From Minisyncoccota bacterium (GTDB lineage Bacteria > Patescibacteriota > Minisyncoccia > UBA6257 > XYB1-36-10): a DNA stretch of 64,000 nt. Positions 1 through 10,173 of this stretch are shown piece after piece. Where the stretch lies: positions 215,713 through 279,712 of the forward strand of contig JBAZJH010000001.1 of assembly GCA_041651415.1 (NCBI GenBank), written 5' to 3'. Under the pieces are notes generated by a model. It ran no database searches. It saw only the letters and a list, made by a program, of their open reading frames with translations, and was not told the DNA's origin. Numbering within the stretch: position 1 is the first letter of the stretch; each line of letters starts with the position of its first letter. A program made the position numbers and the translations under genes.

Positions 1-882
1 AGCCCGATAAGCGAATTAAGAGCAGTATTGGAAGAAACTTTCGGGGCGGGAAAAACGGCGGTTTTTGATTCAGGAGGGATGACGAAAGAAGAAGCCAAAA
101 AAAATATTTCTTTCTTTTTGAGAGAAATGAGACGAACGGAAAGAAAGGGAAAGGTTTTTGTACGGCAAATAGAAAAAGAAGAAGCGGAATGGCTTGAAAG
201 AGGAAAAAGCTTACGGGAAATTTCCGCCAGTTTTAATCCGAAAGGAATAGAAATTTTCCCGATAAGGTTTTTATTGCCCAAAGAAATAAGAAAAGAAAGA
301 ACAAAAGATTTGAGGCAAATAGCAGAAAGAGAAGACATTTTAGAAAAAATAAATCTAGAGGAAGGAGAATTAAAAATTTTTGATGATTTTTGCCGCAAAA
401 AACACTACGAAGGAAAAAGTTTCAAGAGTTTGGGAAAAAATGAAAAAGAAAGAAAAGAAAAACTTTTATCCATTTTCAAAGAAATAAATTTTGAGGGATT
501 GATAATCGGAAAGAAAGAAAAAGGAGGAGAAAATGAGTTATTAAAAAAGAAAACAATTTTTTTAACAGCGATAGCTAATATAGAAGAAACAAAAGACACT
601 TTCACCAGTTTTATCAAAGAATCGTTCATTAATGGAGAAGCGATAGAAAAAACCATCGAGAAAATAACTTCGGCTCCGGCAAAGACAATGGGCTTTAAAA
701 ATATCGGGGAAATAAAAGAAGGAAATGAAGCCGATATCGCCCTTTTTAACAGAGTGGGAGAAATAAAACATTTGGTTGTCGGAGGGGTTTTAACTATCGA
801 ACACGGAAAAATAACGGGAAAACTGGGAGGAAAAATGAAAAAGGACGAAAATATAAGGAAAGAAAAAACAAGATGGTTTTAA
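1..882 (+). CDS. amidohydrolase-family protein, 5'-partial (reading frame open to window start)
   Basis: C-terminal ~90 aa (…TSAPAKTMGFKNIGEIKEGNEADIALFN…VVGGVLTIEHGKI) matches the typical C-terminus of metal-dependent amidohydrolases. The middle is K/E-rich low complexity. The frame has no stop back to position 1. Confidence 0.4.
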   Translation, partial: SPISELRAVLEETFGAGKTAVFDSGGMTKEEAKKNISFFLREMRRTERKGKVFVRQIEKEEAEWLERGKSLREISASFNPKGIEIFPIRFLLPKEIRKERTKDLRQIAEREDILEKINLEEGELKIFDDFCRKKHYEGKSFKSLGKNEKERKEKLLSIFKEINFEGLIIGKKEKGGENELLKKKTIFLTAIANIEETKDTFTSFIKESFINGEAIEKTIEKITSAPAKTMGFKNIGEIKEGNEADIALFNRVGEIKHLVVGGVLTIEHGKITGKLGGKMKKDENIRKEKTRWF

Positions 883-2024
883 GCAGATTATTTTCTTTTA
901 AAGAAATAAGAAAGCGAGCCGGAAGTCCGGATTATGTAATGCTTGTTTCTTTTATTTTTATTTTAGGATTCGGGCTTTTAATGCTTTCTTCCGCTTCAGC
1001 CGACCTCGGAAAAATAAGAGAAGGGGACACTTATTTTTATCTGAAAAGTCAACTAACAAAAGGAGTGGGGCTGGGTTTATTGGCTTTTCTTTTTCTTTAT
1101 TTTATAGATTATAAATATCTGAAAAAGTTTTCCATTTTTCTCCTTCTTTTAAGCATTATTCTTCTTATTCTAGTCTTTACGCCTCTTGGAGAAACAAAAA
1201 AAGGAGCAACAAGATGGCTGGATATCGGACCGGCATCAATACAACCGGCGGAAATAGTTAAATTTACTTTTTTAATTTATGTGGCTTCCTGGCTTTCCGG
1301 CAAAAAAGGAGAAAGAAGAAGAGAGAATTTAAAAGAAGGGTTTTTGCCTTTTATTTTAATTTCTGGAATAATAGCGACACTATTGTTTTTACAGCCAGCA
1401 ACAAGCATTGTGGCAATAATAATGCTTTCGGCTTTGATTGTTTATTACATCGCCGGAGGAAAAAAGTCTTTTGTTTTTTGGCTGGTTCTCGTAATCACTT
1501 TGGCGATTTCTGTTTACGCTTTTTTTACTCCCTATCGCTGGGCCAGAATTTCTTCTTTTTTTGATTTTATAAAAACCGGAGAAGTAACCGATACTACGGG
1601 CGCGCAACATCAATTAAACCAAAATTTAATAACCATAGGTTCGGGCGGAATTTTCGGAGTGGGTTACGGAAATTCCGTCAATAAGAAAAGCTATTTGCCG
1701 GAACCGATTGGAGATTCCATATTCTCCGTAATAGCGGAAGAATTCGGATTTGTGGGAGCAACGATTCTTATTTTGATTTTTTTCATTTTAGTTTTAAGAG
1801 GATTTATTTTGGCTTACCGGACAGAAGACACGTTCGCGCGCTTGGTTCTGGTGGGATTTTCTTCCGTTATCGGAATTCAAGTTTTTACGCACGTGGCGAC
1901 AAATTCCGGTTTAATTCCGACAACGGGAATTCCGTTGCCATTCGTGAGTTTTGGAAGCACTAGTATGGCGGTTTTTTTAGCTATGGCCGGCGTGATGCTG
2001 AATATGTCAAAATACGCAAAATGA
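873..2024 (+). CDS. ftsW: SEDS-family peptidoglycan glycosyltransferase FtsW/RodA
   Basis: Polytopic membrane protein with SEDS signatures (…GSGGIFGVGYGNS…, …NSGLIPTTGIPLPFVSFGSTSM…). Sits directly upstream of murG as in dcw clusters. Confidence 0.8.
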   Translation: MVLSRLFSFKEIRKRAGSPDYVMLVSFIFILGFGLLMLSSASADLGKIREGDTYFYLKSQLTKGVGLGLLAFLFLYFIDYKYLKKFSIFLLLLSIILLILVFTPLGETKKGATRWLDIGPASIQPAEIVKFTFLIYVASWLSGKKGERRRENLKEGFLPFILISGIIATLLFLQPATSIVAIIMLSALIVYYIAGGKKSFVFWLVLVITLAISVYAFFTPYRWARISSFFDFIKTGEVTDTTGAQHQLNQNLITIGSGGIFGVGYGNSVNKKSYLPEPIGDSIFSVIAEEFGFVGATILILIFFILVLRGFILAYRTEDTFARLVLVGFSSVIGIQVFTHVATNSGLIPTTGIPLPFVSFGSTSMAVFLAMAGVMLNMSKYAK

Positions 2025-2072
2025 AATAAAATTTTAAGGACCGCTTATTTTTCTTTGTGATATAATAAAAAA

Positions 2073-3209
2073 GTGAAAAAAATAAGAATAATTTTTACTG
2101 GCGGGGGAACAGGCGGGCATATTTATCCTTTAGTGGCCGTTTTTAAAGAAGTAAAAAGAATAGCGGATAAAAACAACAGAGAAATCGAGGCGAGGTTTTT
2201 CGGGGCAAGCGGAAAATATCAGACAATGCTTGAGGGATATGGAATGAAAATAGGGAAAATAATTTCCAGTAAGATCAGAAGATATTTTTCCCCTTTAAAT
2301 CTGCTGGAGCCGTTTAAGTTTATCTATGGAATATTTCAAGCTTTGATAAAAGTTTATTTTTTTATGCCGGATGTTATTTTTTCGAAAGGCGGTCCGGGGG
2401 CTTTACCGGTTGTTTTGGCAGGGTTTTTTTACAGGATTCCCGTGATTATCCACGAATCGGACGCGGTGCCGGGGCTAACAAACAGGATTTCAGCAAAATT
2501 TGCCAAAAGAATAGCGATTTCATTCAAGTCGGCAGAAGTATTTTTTAACGGAAAAAAGACAGCTTTAGTGGGCAATCCAGTGCGGGATGATCTGATAAAT
2601 AACCGCGACGACCAAATTTTTGCCAAAAGATATTGGGGATTTAATCCGGAAAAACCGGTGATTTTAGTCTTGGGCGGTTCGCAAGGAAGCGAAATAATAA
2701 ATGACGTGATAATCAGAAACGCGCCGGAACTTCTGAAAAAATACCAGATAATACATCAGACAGGCGAGGATAAATTTAAAGAAGCGAAAGGGGAACTTGA
2801 ATTTATCGGAAAAGAAATCGGGAAAGAGGAAGCGAAAAATTACCAACTTCTGGCTTATTTATCAAAAGATTTAAAAGAAGCGTACACGGCTGCGGATTTA
2901 GTGGTCGGGAGAGCCGGCGCGGGAACAATTTTTGAAATAGCTTCTTTCGGAAAACCGGCTATTCTTATTCCACTAGCCAATTCCGCCGGAGAACATCAAA
3001 GATTAAACGCTTATGAATTTACCGAGACAGGCGGAGGCAAGGTTATAGAAGAAGATAATTTATTGAATAATGTTCTTTTGATTCAAATAGATAAAATTTT
3101 AAGCGATAAAGACAATTTAAAAAAGATGCAGGAAGCGTCTTTAAATTTCTTCATACCGAATTCGGCGGAAATGATCGGGGAAGAGATTTTTCGAATTGCC
3201 AGTTTCTAA
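2073..3209 (+). CDS. murG: UDP-GlcNAc:lipid I N-acetylglucosaminyltransferase MurG
   Basis: N-terminal G-loop IIFTGGGTGGHIYPLVAV, GT28 architecture, C-terminal …GGSQGS… and …GRAGAGT… motifs. Confidence 0.85.
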   Translation: MKKIRIIFTGGGTGGHIYPLVAVFKEVKRIADKNNREIEARFFGASGKYQTMLEGYGMKIGKIISSKIRRYFSPLNLLEPFKFIYGIFQALIKVYFFMPDVIFSKGGPGALPVVLAGFFYRIPVIIHESDAVPGLTNRISAKFAKRIAISFKSAEVFFNGKKTALVGNPVRDDLINNRDDQIFAKRYWGFNPEKPVILVLGGSQGSEIINDVIIRNAPELLKKYQIIHQTGEDKFKEAKGELEFIGKEIGKEEAKNYQLLAYLSKDLKEAYTAADLVVGRAGAGTIFEIASFGKPAILIPLANSAGEHQRLNAYEFTETGGGKVIEEDNLLNNVLLIQIDKILSDKDNLKKMQEASLNFFIPNSAEMIGEEIFRIASF

Positions 3210-3255
3210 AATTTAAAGTATAGAAAAAAGCGTTTTTTGTGTTATAATCAAGATA

Positions 3256-4647
3256 ATGTCAGGCGAAAATAAAGAGGTGAGGGTAAGAATAGCCCCTTCA
3301 CCAACAGGATCGCTTCATTTTGGTACTGCCCGTACCGCTCTTTTTAATTTGCTTTTTGCCAGAAGCAAAAAAGGAAAGTTTTTAATACGCATAGAAGACA
3401 CCGATTTAGAGAGGTCCGAAAAGAAGTTTGAAGAAGAAATATTAGAAGGTTTGGAATGGCTCGGAATAAAATCAGACGAAACGATATTAAGACAAAGCGA
3501 AAGAGGAGATATTTATGAAAAATATTTAAATAAGCTTTTAGAAGAGAAAAAAGCTTATTTCTGCTATTGCACGAAAGAAGAATTGGCAGAAGAAAAACAG
3601 TTTATGCTTTCACAAGGACTCGCGCCAAAATATAACGGAAGATGCTTAAATTCTCCTCCTAAAGACAGAGAACCGCAGCTTATCAGATTAAAAGTTCCGG
3701 AGAAAACGGTAGTTTTCAAAGATTTGATAAGAGGAAAAGTTTCTTTCGATTCCGGATTAATAGGAGATATCGCAATAGCAAAAAATTTAAGAACGCCTCT
3801 TTATAATTTTGCGGTGGTGGTTGATGACTTCGAAGAAAGGATAACGCACGTAATCAGAGGAGAAGACCATGTTCCGAACACCCCCAAACAAATTCTGATT
3901 CAAGAAGCTCTAAATATTCCAATTCCGGAATATGCGCATTTGCCGTTAATCTTAAACCCAGAAGGAGGGAAAATGTCAAAAAGATACATGGAAACATCGC
4001 TTCTGTCTTTTAGAGAAGAAGGATATTTACCTGAAGCAATGATAAATTTTATGGCTTTTATCGGTTGGCATCCAAAAGAAGATAAAGAAATAATGAGTCT
4101 GGAGGAAATAATAAAAGAATTTTCCATTGAACGAGTGCAAAAAGGGGGGGGAATCTTCAATAAAGAAAAATTAGAATGGATAAATTCTCAATATTTAAAA
4201 ATAATGAGCGATGAAGAAGCGGAAAAAAGAATAAAAGATTTTGTTCCGAAAGAATGGACGGAAAAAAAAGAAATCTATAAAAGAGCTGTGTCTTCTTTAA
4301 GAGAGAGGCTAAAAAAATTAAATGATTTTAAAAAAGAAGCAGATTTTATTTTTGAAACTCCGGAATACGAAAAAGAATTGCTTCTATGGAAAGAAACCGA
4401 AATGAAAGAAGAAAAAGAAATCTTGAGAAGAATTAAAGAAATAACGGAAAAAAACACTTCAAATAGAGATGAAAAAATTGTCGCTTTAGCGGAAGAAAAG
4501 GGGAGAGGGGAAGTTTATTGGCCTCTTCGAGTCGCTCTGTCAGGAAGAAAAAATTCTCCGCCGCCGCTGGAACTTCTTTCTATTTTAGGCCAAACCGAAT
4601 CTTTAAACAGAATAGAAAGAGCAATAGAAAAACTTGAAAATGACTAA
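3256..4647 (+). CDS. gltX: glutamyl-tRNA synthetase
   Basis: Class I HIGH-type motif (PTGSLHFG) and KMSKR motif (KMSKRY). Overall GluRS layout, 463 aa. Confidence 0.9.
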   Translation: MSGENKEVRVRIAPSPTGSLHFGTARTALFNLLFARSKKGKFLIRIEDTDLERSEKKFEEEILEGLEWLGIKSDETILRQSERGDIYEKYLNKLLEEKKAYFCYCTKEELAEEKQFMLSQGLAPKYNGRCLNSPPKDREPQLIRLKVPEKTVVFKDLIRGKVSFDSGLIGDIAIAKNLRTPLYNFAVVVDDFEERITHVIRGEDHVPNTPKQILIQEALNIPIPEYAHLPLILNPEGGKMSKRYMETSLLSFREEGYLPEAMINFMAFIGWHPKEDKEIMSLEEIIKEFSIERVQKGGGIFNKEKLEWINSQYLKIMSDEEAEKRIKDFVPKEWTEKKEIYKRAVSSLRERLKKLNDFKKEADFIFETPEYEKELLLWKETEMKEEKEILRRIKEITEKNTSNRDEKIVALAEEKGRGEVYWPLRVALSGRKNSPPPLELLSILGQTESLNRIERAIEKLEND

Positions 4648-5902
4648 TAATTTTTTAAAAAAAGCGGCGATTGTTTTTTTTGTTTTGGCGGTTTTTGGAA
4701 GCGCCGAAGAAATTAAGGCCGTGAGCCAGGAGGAAGAATTAAAGATTAAAATAGAAGAAAGAAACAAAGAACTCCAAAAAATAAAGGAAGAAATCGAGAG
4801 TACGGAAAAAGATTTGAATATAGTCGAAGACCAAAAAAAAACCTATCAAGGAGATGTAAATTCCCTTACCAAAAATATAAAACAGCTCAATTTAGGAATA
4901 AAATCAGCGGAGGTTTCCATTGGGAAGCTTGATTTGGAACTTACGTCGCTTGAAACCGGAATCAGAAGCACGGCAGAAGAAATAGAAGATAAGACTTATT
5001 CAATGGGAAAGGTTTTAAGAGAAGTGCAATTTTTGGATTCTTCGAGCGAAATCATGACTCTTCTAAAAAGTAAAAGTCTGAGCGAGGGAGTGACAAATAT
5101 TCAAAATCTTTTGGATTTAAAAAATAAAATTTCTGACGAAGTGGAAATTTTGAAATCATTAAAAGATGATTTAAATATAAAAGTAAAAGACCGCTCGGAT
5201 AAAAAAGAGGAAGTTGTCCTGCAAAATAAAAATTTAACTTACAGAAAAGTGATCATAGAAGAGCAACAGGAAGAAAAAAAGAAGCTTTTAAGTTTAACTA
5301 AAAAACAAGCGGAAGAATATTCCGACAAACTAAACGATTTAGTAAAAAAACAAGAAGAGATTGCTAAAGAAATAGAAGACATAGAATTAAAATTAAAAGA
5401 AAATTTTAATTTGGAAAGCTTGAAGGGGATAGGAGGAGTGCTGCTTTCCCCGATAAAAGGCGTAGTAGGAGACTTTTTAACCCAAGAATACGGAATCACT
5501 TCTTTTTCCTCAAGCTATAAAAGCGGGTTTCATAACGGAATAGACTTAGGAATTCCTACAGGCACGCCGGTTTTTGCCAGCGCCGATGGTATTGTCGCAG
5601 CAGTTGGGAATCAAGACAGTTATTGTTACAAAGGGGCTTATGGGCGATTTATAGTATTAAAACATTCGGAAAATAAATTAACGACTTTATATGCTCATTT
5701 ATCAAAGTATCTTGTCTCCCCTAACCAAGATGTAAAAAGGGGGGAGTTGATCGGATATTCCGGCAGTTCAGGATTTTCAACCGGTCCGCATCTTCATTTC
5801 ACAGTTTACGCTTCAGAGACTTTCTATATGGGACAAAGCAGAGTATGCGGGCAAATGCCTTTCGGCGCTCATTTAAATCCAATGGAATATATAGGAAAAT
5901 AA
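4634..5902 (+). CDS. M23 family metallopeptidase with N-terminal signal peptide and long coiled-coil (EnvC-like)
   Basis: Signal peptide, ~250 aa K/E-rich coiled coil, C-terminal LytM/M23 domain (HNGIDLG…GTPVFA…GSSGFSTGPHLHF). TTG at 4634 or ATG at 4640 are both possible starts. Confidence 0.75.
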   Translation: MKMTNNFLKKAAIVFFVLAVFGSAEEIKAVSQEEELKIKIEERNKELQKIKEEIESTEKDLNIVEDQKKTYQGDVNSLTKNIKQLNLGIKSAEVSIGKLDLELTSLETGIRSTAEEIEDKTYSMGKVLREVQFLDSSSEIMTLLKSKSLSEGVTNIQNLLDLKNKISDEVEILKSLKDDLNIKVKDRSDKKEEVVLQNKNLTYRKVIIEEQQEEKKKLLSLTKKQAEEYSDKLNDLVKKQEEIAKEIEDIELKLKENFNLESLKGIGGVLLSPIKGVVGDFLTQEYGITSFSSSYKSGFHNGIDLGIPTGTPVFASADGIVAAVGNQDSYCYKGAYGRFIVLKHSENKLTTLYAHLSKYLVSPNQDVKRGELIGYSGSSGFSTGPHLHFTVYASETFYMGQSRVCGQMPFGAHLNPMEYIGK

Positions 5903-6105
5903 AACAAAATGATAGAACAAATTCTAACGCAATTAAAAACAGAAGTATTAGAAGTAATGGGAAATGGATTTCTTTTAATAGCAAAAGGAGCGGCTAATTT
6001 TTTTATTATTTTAATAGATTTCATTAAGTCCTTCTTTTGAGGCAAATTATAATAATATGTCGCAAAACAGCTCTTGTGCGACAGGTTATATAGATTCCCC
6101 CGCCG

Positions 6106-6657
6106 ATGAATAAATTTTCAAAATTTAAAATAATATTTTTAATAATCGGACTCTTAGTCCTTGTTTCTCTTTTAATTTTAAACTTCAATTATTTCAAACA
6201 ATTCACATCCGATTTTATTGAAAATCGACTCGTCTCTTGGGGTTATCTCGGATTCTTCCTTATTGTCTTTTTATTGGAAGCTCTCCCCCAGCCGTTTTTA
6301 AGCCCGCTCATTCCTTTTATTACCGGAGCTATTTTGAATTTTAATGTTATCACTCTTTTCTGGCTTACCATTATCGGTTCCATTCTTGCCAATTACGCCG
6401 CTTATTATCTCGGCTTAAGTTTGGAAAGCTCCGCCGTAAAATTATTTGTAAAAGAAGAAAATTACGACAAATCATTAAGCTGGTTTAATAAATACGGAAA
6501 AAAATCTTTCAGTTTACTGGCTCTTTCCCCTCTTCCTTTTTTCCCCATTTTGGGAGGCGTTTTTAAGATGAATTTCTTTGAATTCACCAAATACGCTATA
6601 ATTCCAAGAATTATCCATTATTTGATATTCGGAAGTATTTTAATCCTTTCGCTTTAA
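6106..6657 (+). CDS. DedA/TVP38-family membrane protein
   Basis: Polytopic membrane protein with DedA-type motifs FLLEALPQPFLSPLIPFITGA and …SPLPFFPILGGV…. Confidence 0.5.
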   Translation: MNKFSKFKIIFLIIGLLVLVSLLILNFNYFKQFTSDFIENRLVSWGYLGFFLIVFLLEALPQPFLSPLIPFITGAILNFNVITLFWLTIIGSILANYAAYYLGLSLESSAVKLFVKEENYDKSLSWFNKYGKKSFSLLALSPLPFFPILGGVFKMNFFEFTKYAIIPRIIHYLIFGSILILSL

Positions 6658-6662
6658 AAATT

Positions 6663-6914
6663 ATGAAATCAAACAAAAACAGAATAATTACTATTGTTAT
6701 CTTTTTAGTGGTTATAGTATCCATCATTCTTTTCATTATCTTTAACTTCAGTATTTTTGATAAAAGAAAAGATTTTATGGAAAAAGAAAAAATTGCCTGC
6801 CAAAATTTTAATATCGACGATTCTTGTTCTTTTTATATTGAAAATGAACGGGTTTCCGGCCAATGTTTCAAATTAAAAAACGGCCCTTTAGTTTGCAGAC
6901 CGATTAAGAAGTAA
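6663..6914 (+). CDS. small secreted/membrane-anchored Cys-containing protein, unknown function
   Basis: N-terminal transmembrane helix, 4 Cys in the C-terminal half. Followed by a bidirectional hairpin terminator at 6935-6965. Confidence 0.35.
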   Translation: MKSNKNRIITIVIFLVVIVSIILFIIFNFSIFDKRKDFMEKEKIACQNFNIDDSCSFYIENERVSGQCFKLKNGPLVCRPIKK

Positions 6915-6970
6915 ATAATTTTTTATTTAAAAAAGGCCTTACGCGAATTTTCGCGTAAGGCTTAATTTTA

Positions 6971-7270
6971 TTAACAAACAAAAGCAATTTTCAAATAAAA
7001 ATAGACGATAAAGAAAAAAACCGCAAAGAAAAGAATAGCAGTGGTGGAGAGAAAAATCATTTCTTTCATTTTAAAATAAAGATCTCTCCTTATTTGCCCC
7101 TTTTCTCCTTCTGTATTGTCAAAAGCTATATAAATCCAAATTTCTTTTCCTATTTGATTGTACTTATAAAAACGGCAATAAAGAAGAAAAGATAGAATGA
7201 AGCTGATAATTCCTGCTCCGAGAACAATGTTTTTGAGCAGATAAAACTGCCCAAGAGTCATTTCGATCAT
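6971..7270 (-). CDS. small membrane protein, unknown function
   Basis: Three predicted transmembrane segments. Ends before the hairpin terminator at 6935-6965. Confidence 0.35.
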   Translation of the reverse strand: MIEMTLGQFYLLKNIVLGAGIISFILSFLLYCRFYKYNQIGKEIWIYIAFDNTEGEKGQIRRDLYFKMKEMIFLSTTAILFFAVFFFIVYFYLKIAFVC

Positions 7271-7354
7271 TTTTAATCTCCTATTTTTGCCAACTGGCAG
7301 ATTTTTTATTTCAATTCTTTTAAAAGTTTTTCATATTTTGTATTTTTTGTCAAC

Positions 7355-7418
7355 AAAACTCCACGGCCGTAAGGCTGTGGAGTTTTAAGTTTCGCCCCAC
7401 AGAAAGGCGGTGTAAATA
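7355..7418. repeat. intergenic mosaic palindromic repeat (modules A+B, degenerate copy)
   Basis: AAAACTCCACGGCCGTAAGGCTGTGGAGTTTT hairpin followed by GTTTCGCCCCACAGAAAGGCGG…. Same family as the copies at 9.6, 11.7, 31.0, 32.6, 35.2, 51.2 and 56.2 kb. Confidence 0.6.
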
Positions 7419-7421
7419 ATT

Positions 7422-8153
7422 TTAATAGACGATATCTACGCCTTTTAAGACAGACTTTATCTTCTCCCCTTCCCCTGCCGGAAGATTATTTTTATAGATA
7501 TAAAGAGTGTCTAAATTCTTCAAGCCGGATATTTTTTCGGAAATGGCGGAAAAAAGCTTATTATTTGCCAAATCCAATTTAGTTAAAGAAGAAAGCGTCC
7601 AAAGTTCATCAGGAAGAGAAGAAAGAGAGTTAACATTCAAATAAAGCTCGGAGAGATTGGAAAGACTACCGATAGAAAGAGGGATCTCAGAAAGCTGATT
7701 ATTAGTCAGGTTTAAAACCACAAGCGAAGAAAGACTGCCGATATTTTCCGGCAAAGAAGAAAGAGAGTTATTGCTCAAATCAAGCAGACGCAAACGAGAA
7801 AGTTTGCCGAGACTAACCGGAAGTTCTTTCAAGCCGTTTTTTGAAGCGTGAAGCTCGACCAGATTCTCGAATTTATCAATATCGCCGGGAAGCGAACCGA
7901 GACCGGCATTATTCAAATCAAGCCAGCAAACGCTTTCCGGATTTTTTTGAGCTTCTTTCAAATCGGTGAAAGGATGTTCTTTGTCGCCAAGACAGAAACT
8001 TTTTCTTTTTTCCGTTAAATTAATTTCCGGCAAGACTGCTGATTCTTCTTGTTGAGATTTATTTTTAAGAAAACCGAAATAAAAGAAAGCGGAAACGAGA
8101 ACAATAAAAATAATAACAAAAACAAAGGAAAGTATCTTTTTATTATTTTTCAT
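7422..8153 (-). CDS. leucine-rich-repeat (LRR) surface protein with N-terminal membrane anchor
   Basis: N-terminal transmembrane/signal anchor, then about seven 22-23 aa repeats of LxxLxLxxNxLxxLPxxIGxLSx (e.g. LDLSNNSLSSLPENIGSLSSL). Confidence 0.75.
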   Translation of the reverse strand: MKNNKKILSFVFVIIFIVLVSAFFYFGFLKNKSQQEESAVLPEINLTEKRKSFCLGDKEHPFTDLKEAQKNPESVCWLDLNNAGLGSLPGDIDKFENLVELHASKNGLKELPVSLGKLSRLRLLDLSNNSLSSLPENIGSLSSLVVLNLTNNQLSEIPLSIGSLSNLSELYLNVNSLSSLPDELWTLSSLTKLDLANNKLFSAISEKISGLKNLDTLYIYKNNLPAGEGEKIKSVLKGVDIVY

Positions 8154-8324
8154 AAGATAATTATAGCATTTTAAAGAAATAAAAAAGTCCGGCCGGCAGG
8201 CCTAAGAGTGGAAAAGTTAATCAAGAGAGGCAAAAGCAACAACCGCAAGCAAGAGATTTTTTAATTTCTTCATAAACGCGCGGGGCTTTCGCGGAGATTA
8301 ACAAATAAGATATAATAAGGAACA

Positions 8325-9098
8325 ATGTTTTATAAAAAAGAGAACGAGGCGGAATTCAGAGAAAAAGCAGGATATGAGATAGGAGAAGAATGGTATCCGA
8401 GAGTGACAAAAATAATGGAAATAAAATCAAAACCGGCGCTTTACCGGTTTTATTCGGCTGTCGGTTTTGATAACGGAGAGAAAATAAAAGAAAAATCGGC
8501 GACGGAAGGGACGATGGTGCATGAGGCCGTCCAAAAAATAATGGTCGGAGAAGACCCGATAGTGCCTTTAGAAATCAAGCCGGCCGTGGACGCTTTCATA
8601 AAATTCAAAGAAAGAAATTTGATTGAGGCCTATCCGGAACTCATTGAAAAAAGGGTCGTTCATAATTTTTTCCGCTACGCGGGGACAGTGGACGCCATAG
8701 TCAATTTAAACGGGCGATTTGGGGTTTTAGACATAAAAACCTCTCAATCGGTCTATCGGGATTACAATCTGCAGACAGCGGCTTATTTTGACGCTTTAAA
8801 AGAGAAGTTTCCGGAGCTTTCCGCCAGGTGGATTTTAAGAATCGACCAGGCGCAAAAATGCATGGCGTGCGGAGCGGTTTTAAGAACAAAAGGAGGCCGA
8901 AAAAAAATCACCAAGCCGTTTCCTTATGTAAACGGAATGTGTAAGGAAGAAGAGCACGCTTGGTCGGACCCGCAAGGAATTATTGAACTTTCCGAATCTC
9001 CCGCCTCCCATGAGAATGATTTTGAAGCGTTTCTTGGAGCCAAAAGATTGTGGGAATGGGAAAATGAGACGATGCTTAAAAAAATAGGATATTTATAA
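8325..9098 (+). CDS. PD-(D/E)XK nuclease-superfamily protein (RecB/Cas4-like) with C-terminal Cys cluster
   Basis: RecB-family motifs in order: GTMVHEAVQ (motif I), GTVDAIV (motif II Asp), GVLDIKTS (D-x-K), QTAAYFDAL (QxxxY). Followed by CMACG…GMCKEEEH. Confidence 0.6.
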   Translation: MFYKKENEAEFREKAGYEIGEEWYPRVTKIMEIKSKPALYRFYSAVGFDNGEKIKEKSATEGTMVHEAVQKIMVGEDPIVPLEIKPAVDAFIKFKERNLIEAYPELIEKRVVHNFFRYAGTVDAIVNLNGRFGVLDIKTSQSVYRDYNLQTAAYFDALKEKFPELSARWILRIDQAQKCMACGAVLRTKGGRKKITKPFPYVNGMCKEEEHAWSDPQGIIELSESPASHENDFEAFLGAKRLWEWENETMLKKIGYL

Positions 9099-9100
9099 TA

Positions 9101-9319
9101 TTATTCGGAGCATTTTTCGATAACGATAGGAATATTTTTAAATTCCTGAAAATAAAGATAACCGAGAGCGAAGCTTAAAGAAGAAATAAGCATAACAAGA
9201 ATAAAGAGAATCATCTCTCTCCCCTTTTCCCTGAAAAAGTCTTTGATTTTTTCCATATTTGAATTATATTGACTTTTAAAAGAAAAATATAGTAAAATAG
9301 CTTGATATGGCACATACAA
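9101..9319 (-). CDS. small membrane protein, unknown function
   Basis: ORF with one transmembrane segment in a short intergenic region. Weak support only. Confidence 0.25.
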   Translation of the reverse strand: MYVPYQAILLYFSFKSQYNSNMEKIKDFFREKGREMILFILVMLISSLSFALGYLYFQEFKNIPIVIEKCSE

Positions 9320-9579
9320 AATCTGCGGGCTCTACCAGATTAGGGAGAGATTCCAAATCAAAAAGACTGGGAGTAAAGAAACAAGACGGCGAAGCAATAA
9401 GAGCGGGAGAAATAATCATCAGACAACGCGGAACGAAATATCATGGCGGAAAGAACATAAAGACAGGAGCAGACGATACGCTTTTTGCGGCAAAAGACGG
9501 AAAAGTAAAATTCTCCAGCAAGTTTAAAGCCGGATTCGATGGAAAGAAAAGAAAAATAACTTTGGTAGAAGTCAAATAA
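9307..9579 (+). CDS. rpmA: 50S ribosomal protein L27
   Basis: [16 protein letters not shown]… is the canonical L27 N-terminus. 90 aa. Confidence 0.9.
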   Translation: MAHTKSAGSTRLGRDSKSKRLGVKKQDGEAIRAGEIIIRQRGTKYHGGKNIKTGADDTLFAAKDGKVKFSSKFKAGFDGKKRKITLVEVK

Positions 9580-9602
9580 AAAACCCGAAAGGGTTTTTTA
9601 TT

Positions 9603-9724
9603 TTTATTAAATCTCCGCTTCAAACCCCTTAAGATAGCGCGCGGGGTTTGAAGCGGTAAAGATTTAAAATAAACCCCGACTTTCTACGGGGTGAAACTTT
9701 ATAGCCGAAGGCTGTGAAGTTTCG
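9603..9724. repeat. intergenic mosaic palindromic repeat (modules C-B-A, inverted orientation)
   Basis: Contains GGGGTTTGAAGCGGTAAAGATTTAA, AAACCCCGACTTTCTACGGGGTGAAAC and a GAAGGCTGTGAAG hairpin. It is the reverse complement of the layout at 11735-11895. Confidence 0.65.
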
Positions 9725-10168
9725 TTACTCTTCTTTTAAAATAATAATTTTCAGGTCGGCAAAAATTTCCGGAGTCAAGAAAATTCTTAGCGGATATTCT
9801 CCGAGCGTTTTTAAATGACTTTCAAATTCAATTTTGAAAGGCAAAAAGCCAAATTCTTTTTCAAAAATTTGAGAAATATCCTTTTCGGAAACTGAACCGA
9901 AAAGTTCTCCCTTCTCCCCCGCTTTTCTTGAAATTTCAAAAACCCGACCGGAAATTTTTTCTTTTTCTTTCAGAGCCAGATAATTTTTTTCTTCGTTTTT
10001 AACAAGAGCAGATTTTTTTTCCAGCTCTATTTTTTCAACTGATTTGGAATCGGCAATTTTGGCTAGCCCTCTCGGAATAAGAAAATTGCGAGCGTAGCCG
10101 TCCGAAACATTTTTGACTTCAAAACGGCGCCCGATTTTTTTGACGTCTTCCAGCAAGATTATTTTCAT
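9725..10168 (-). CDS. rplI: 50S ribosomal protein L9
   Basis: [36 protein letters not shown] is the canonical L9 N-domain. Confidence 0.9.
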   Translation of the reverse strand: MKIILLEDVKKIGRRFEVKNVSDGYARNFLIPRGLAKIADSKSVEKIELEKKSALVKNEEKNYLALKEKEKISGRVFEISRKAGEKGELFGSVSEKDISQIFEKEFGFLPFKIEFESHLKTLGEYPLRIFLTPEIFADLKIIILKEE

Positions 10169-10173
10169 AAGAT

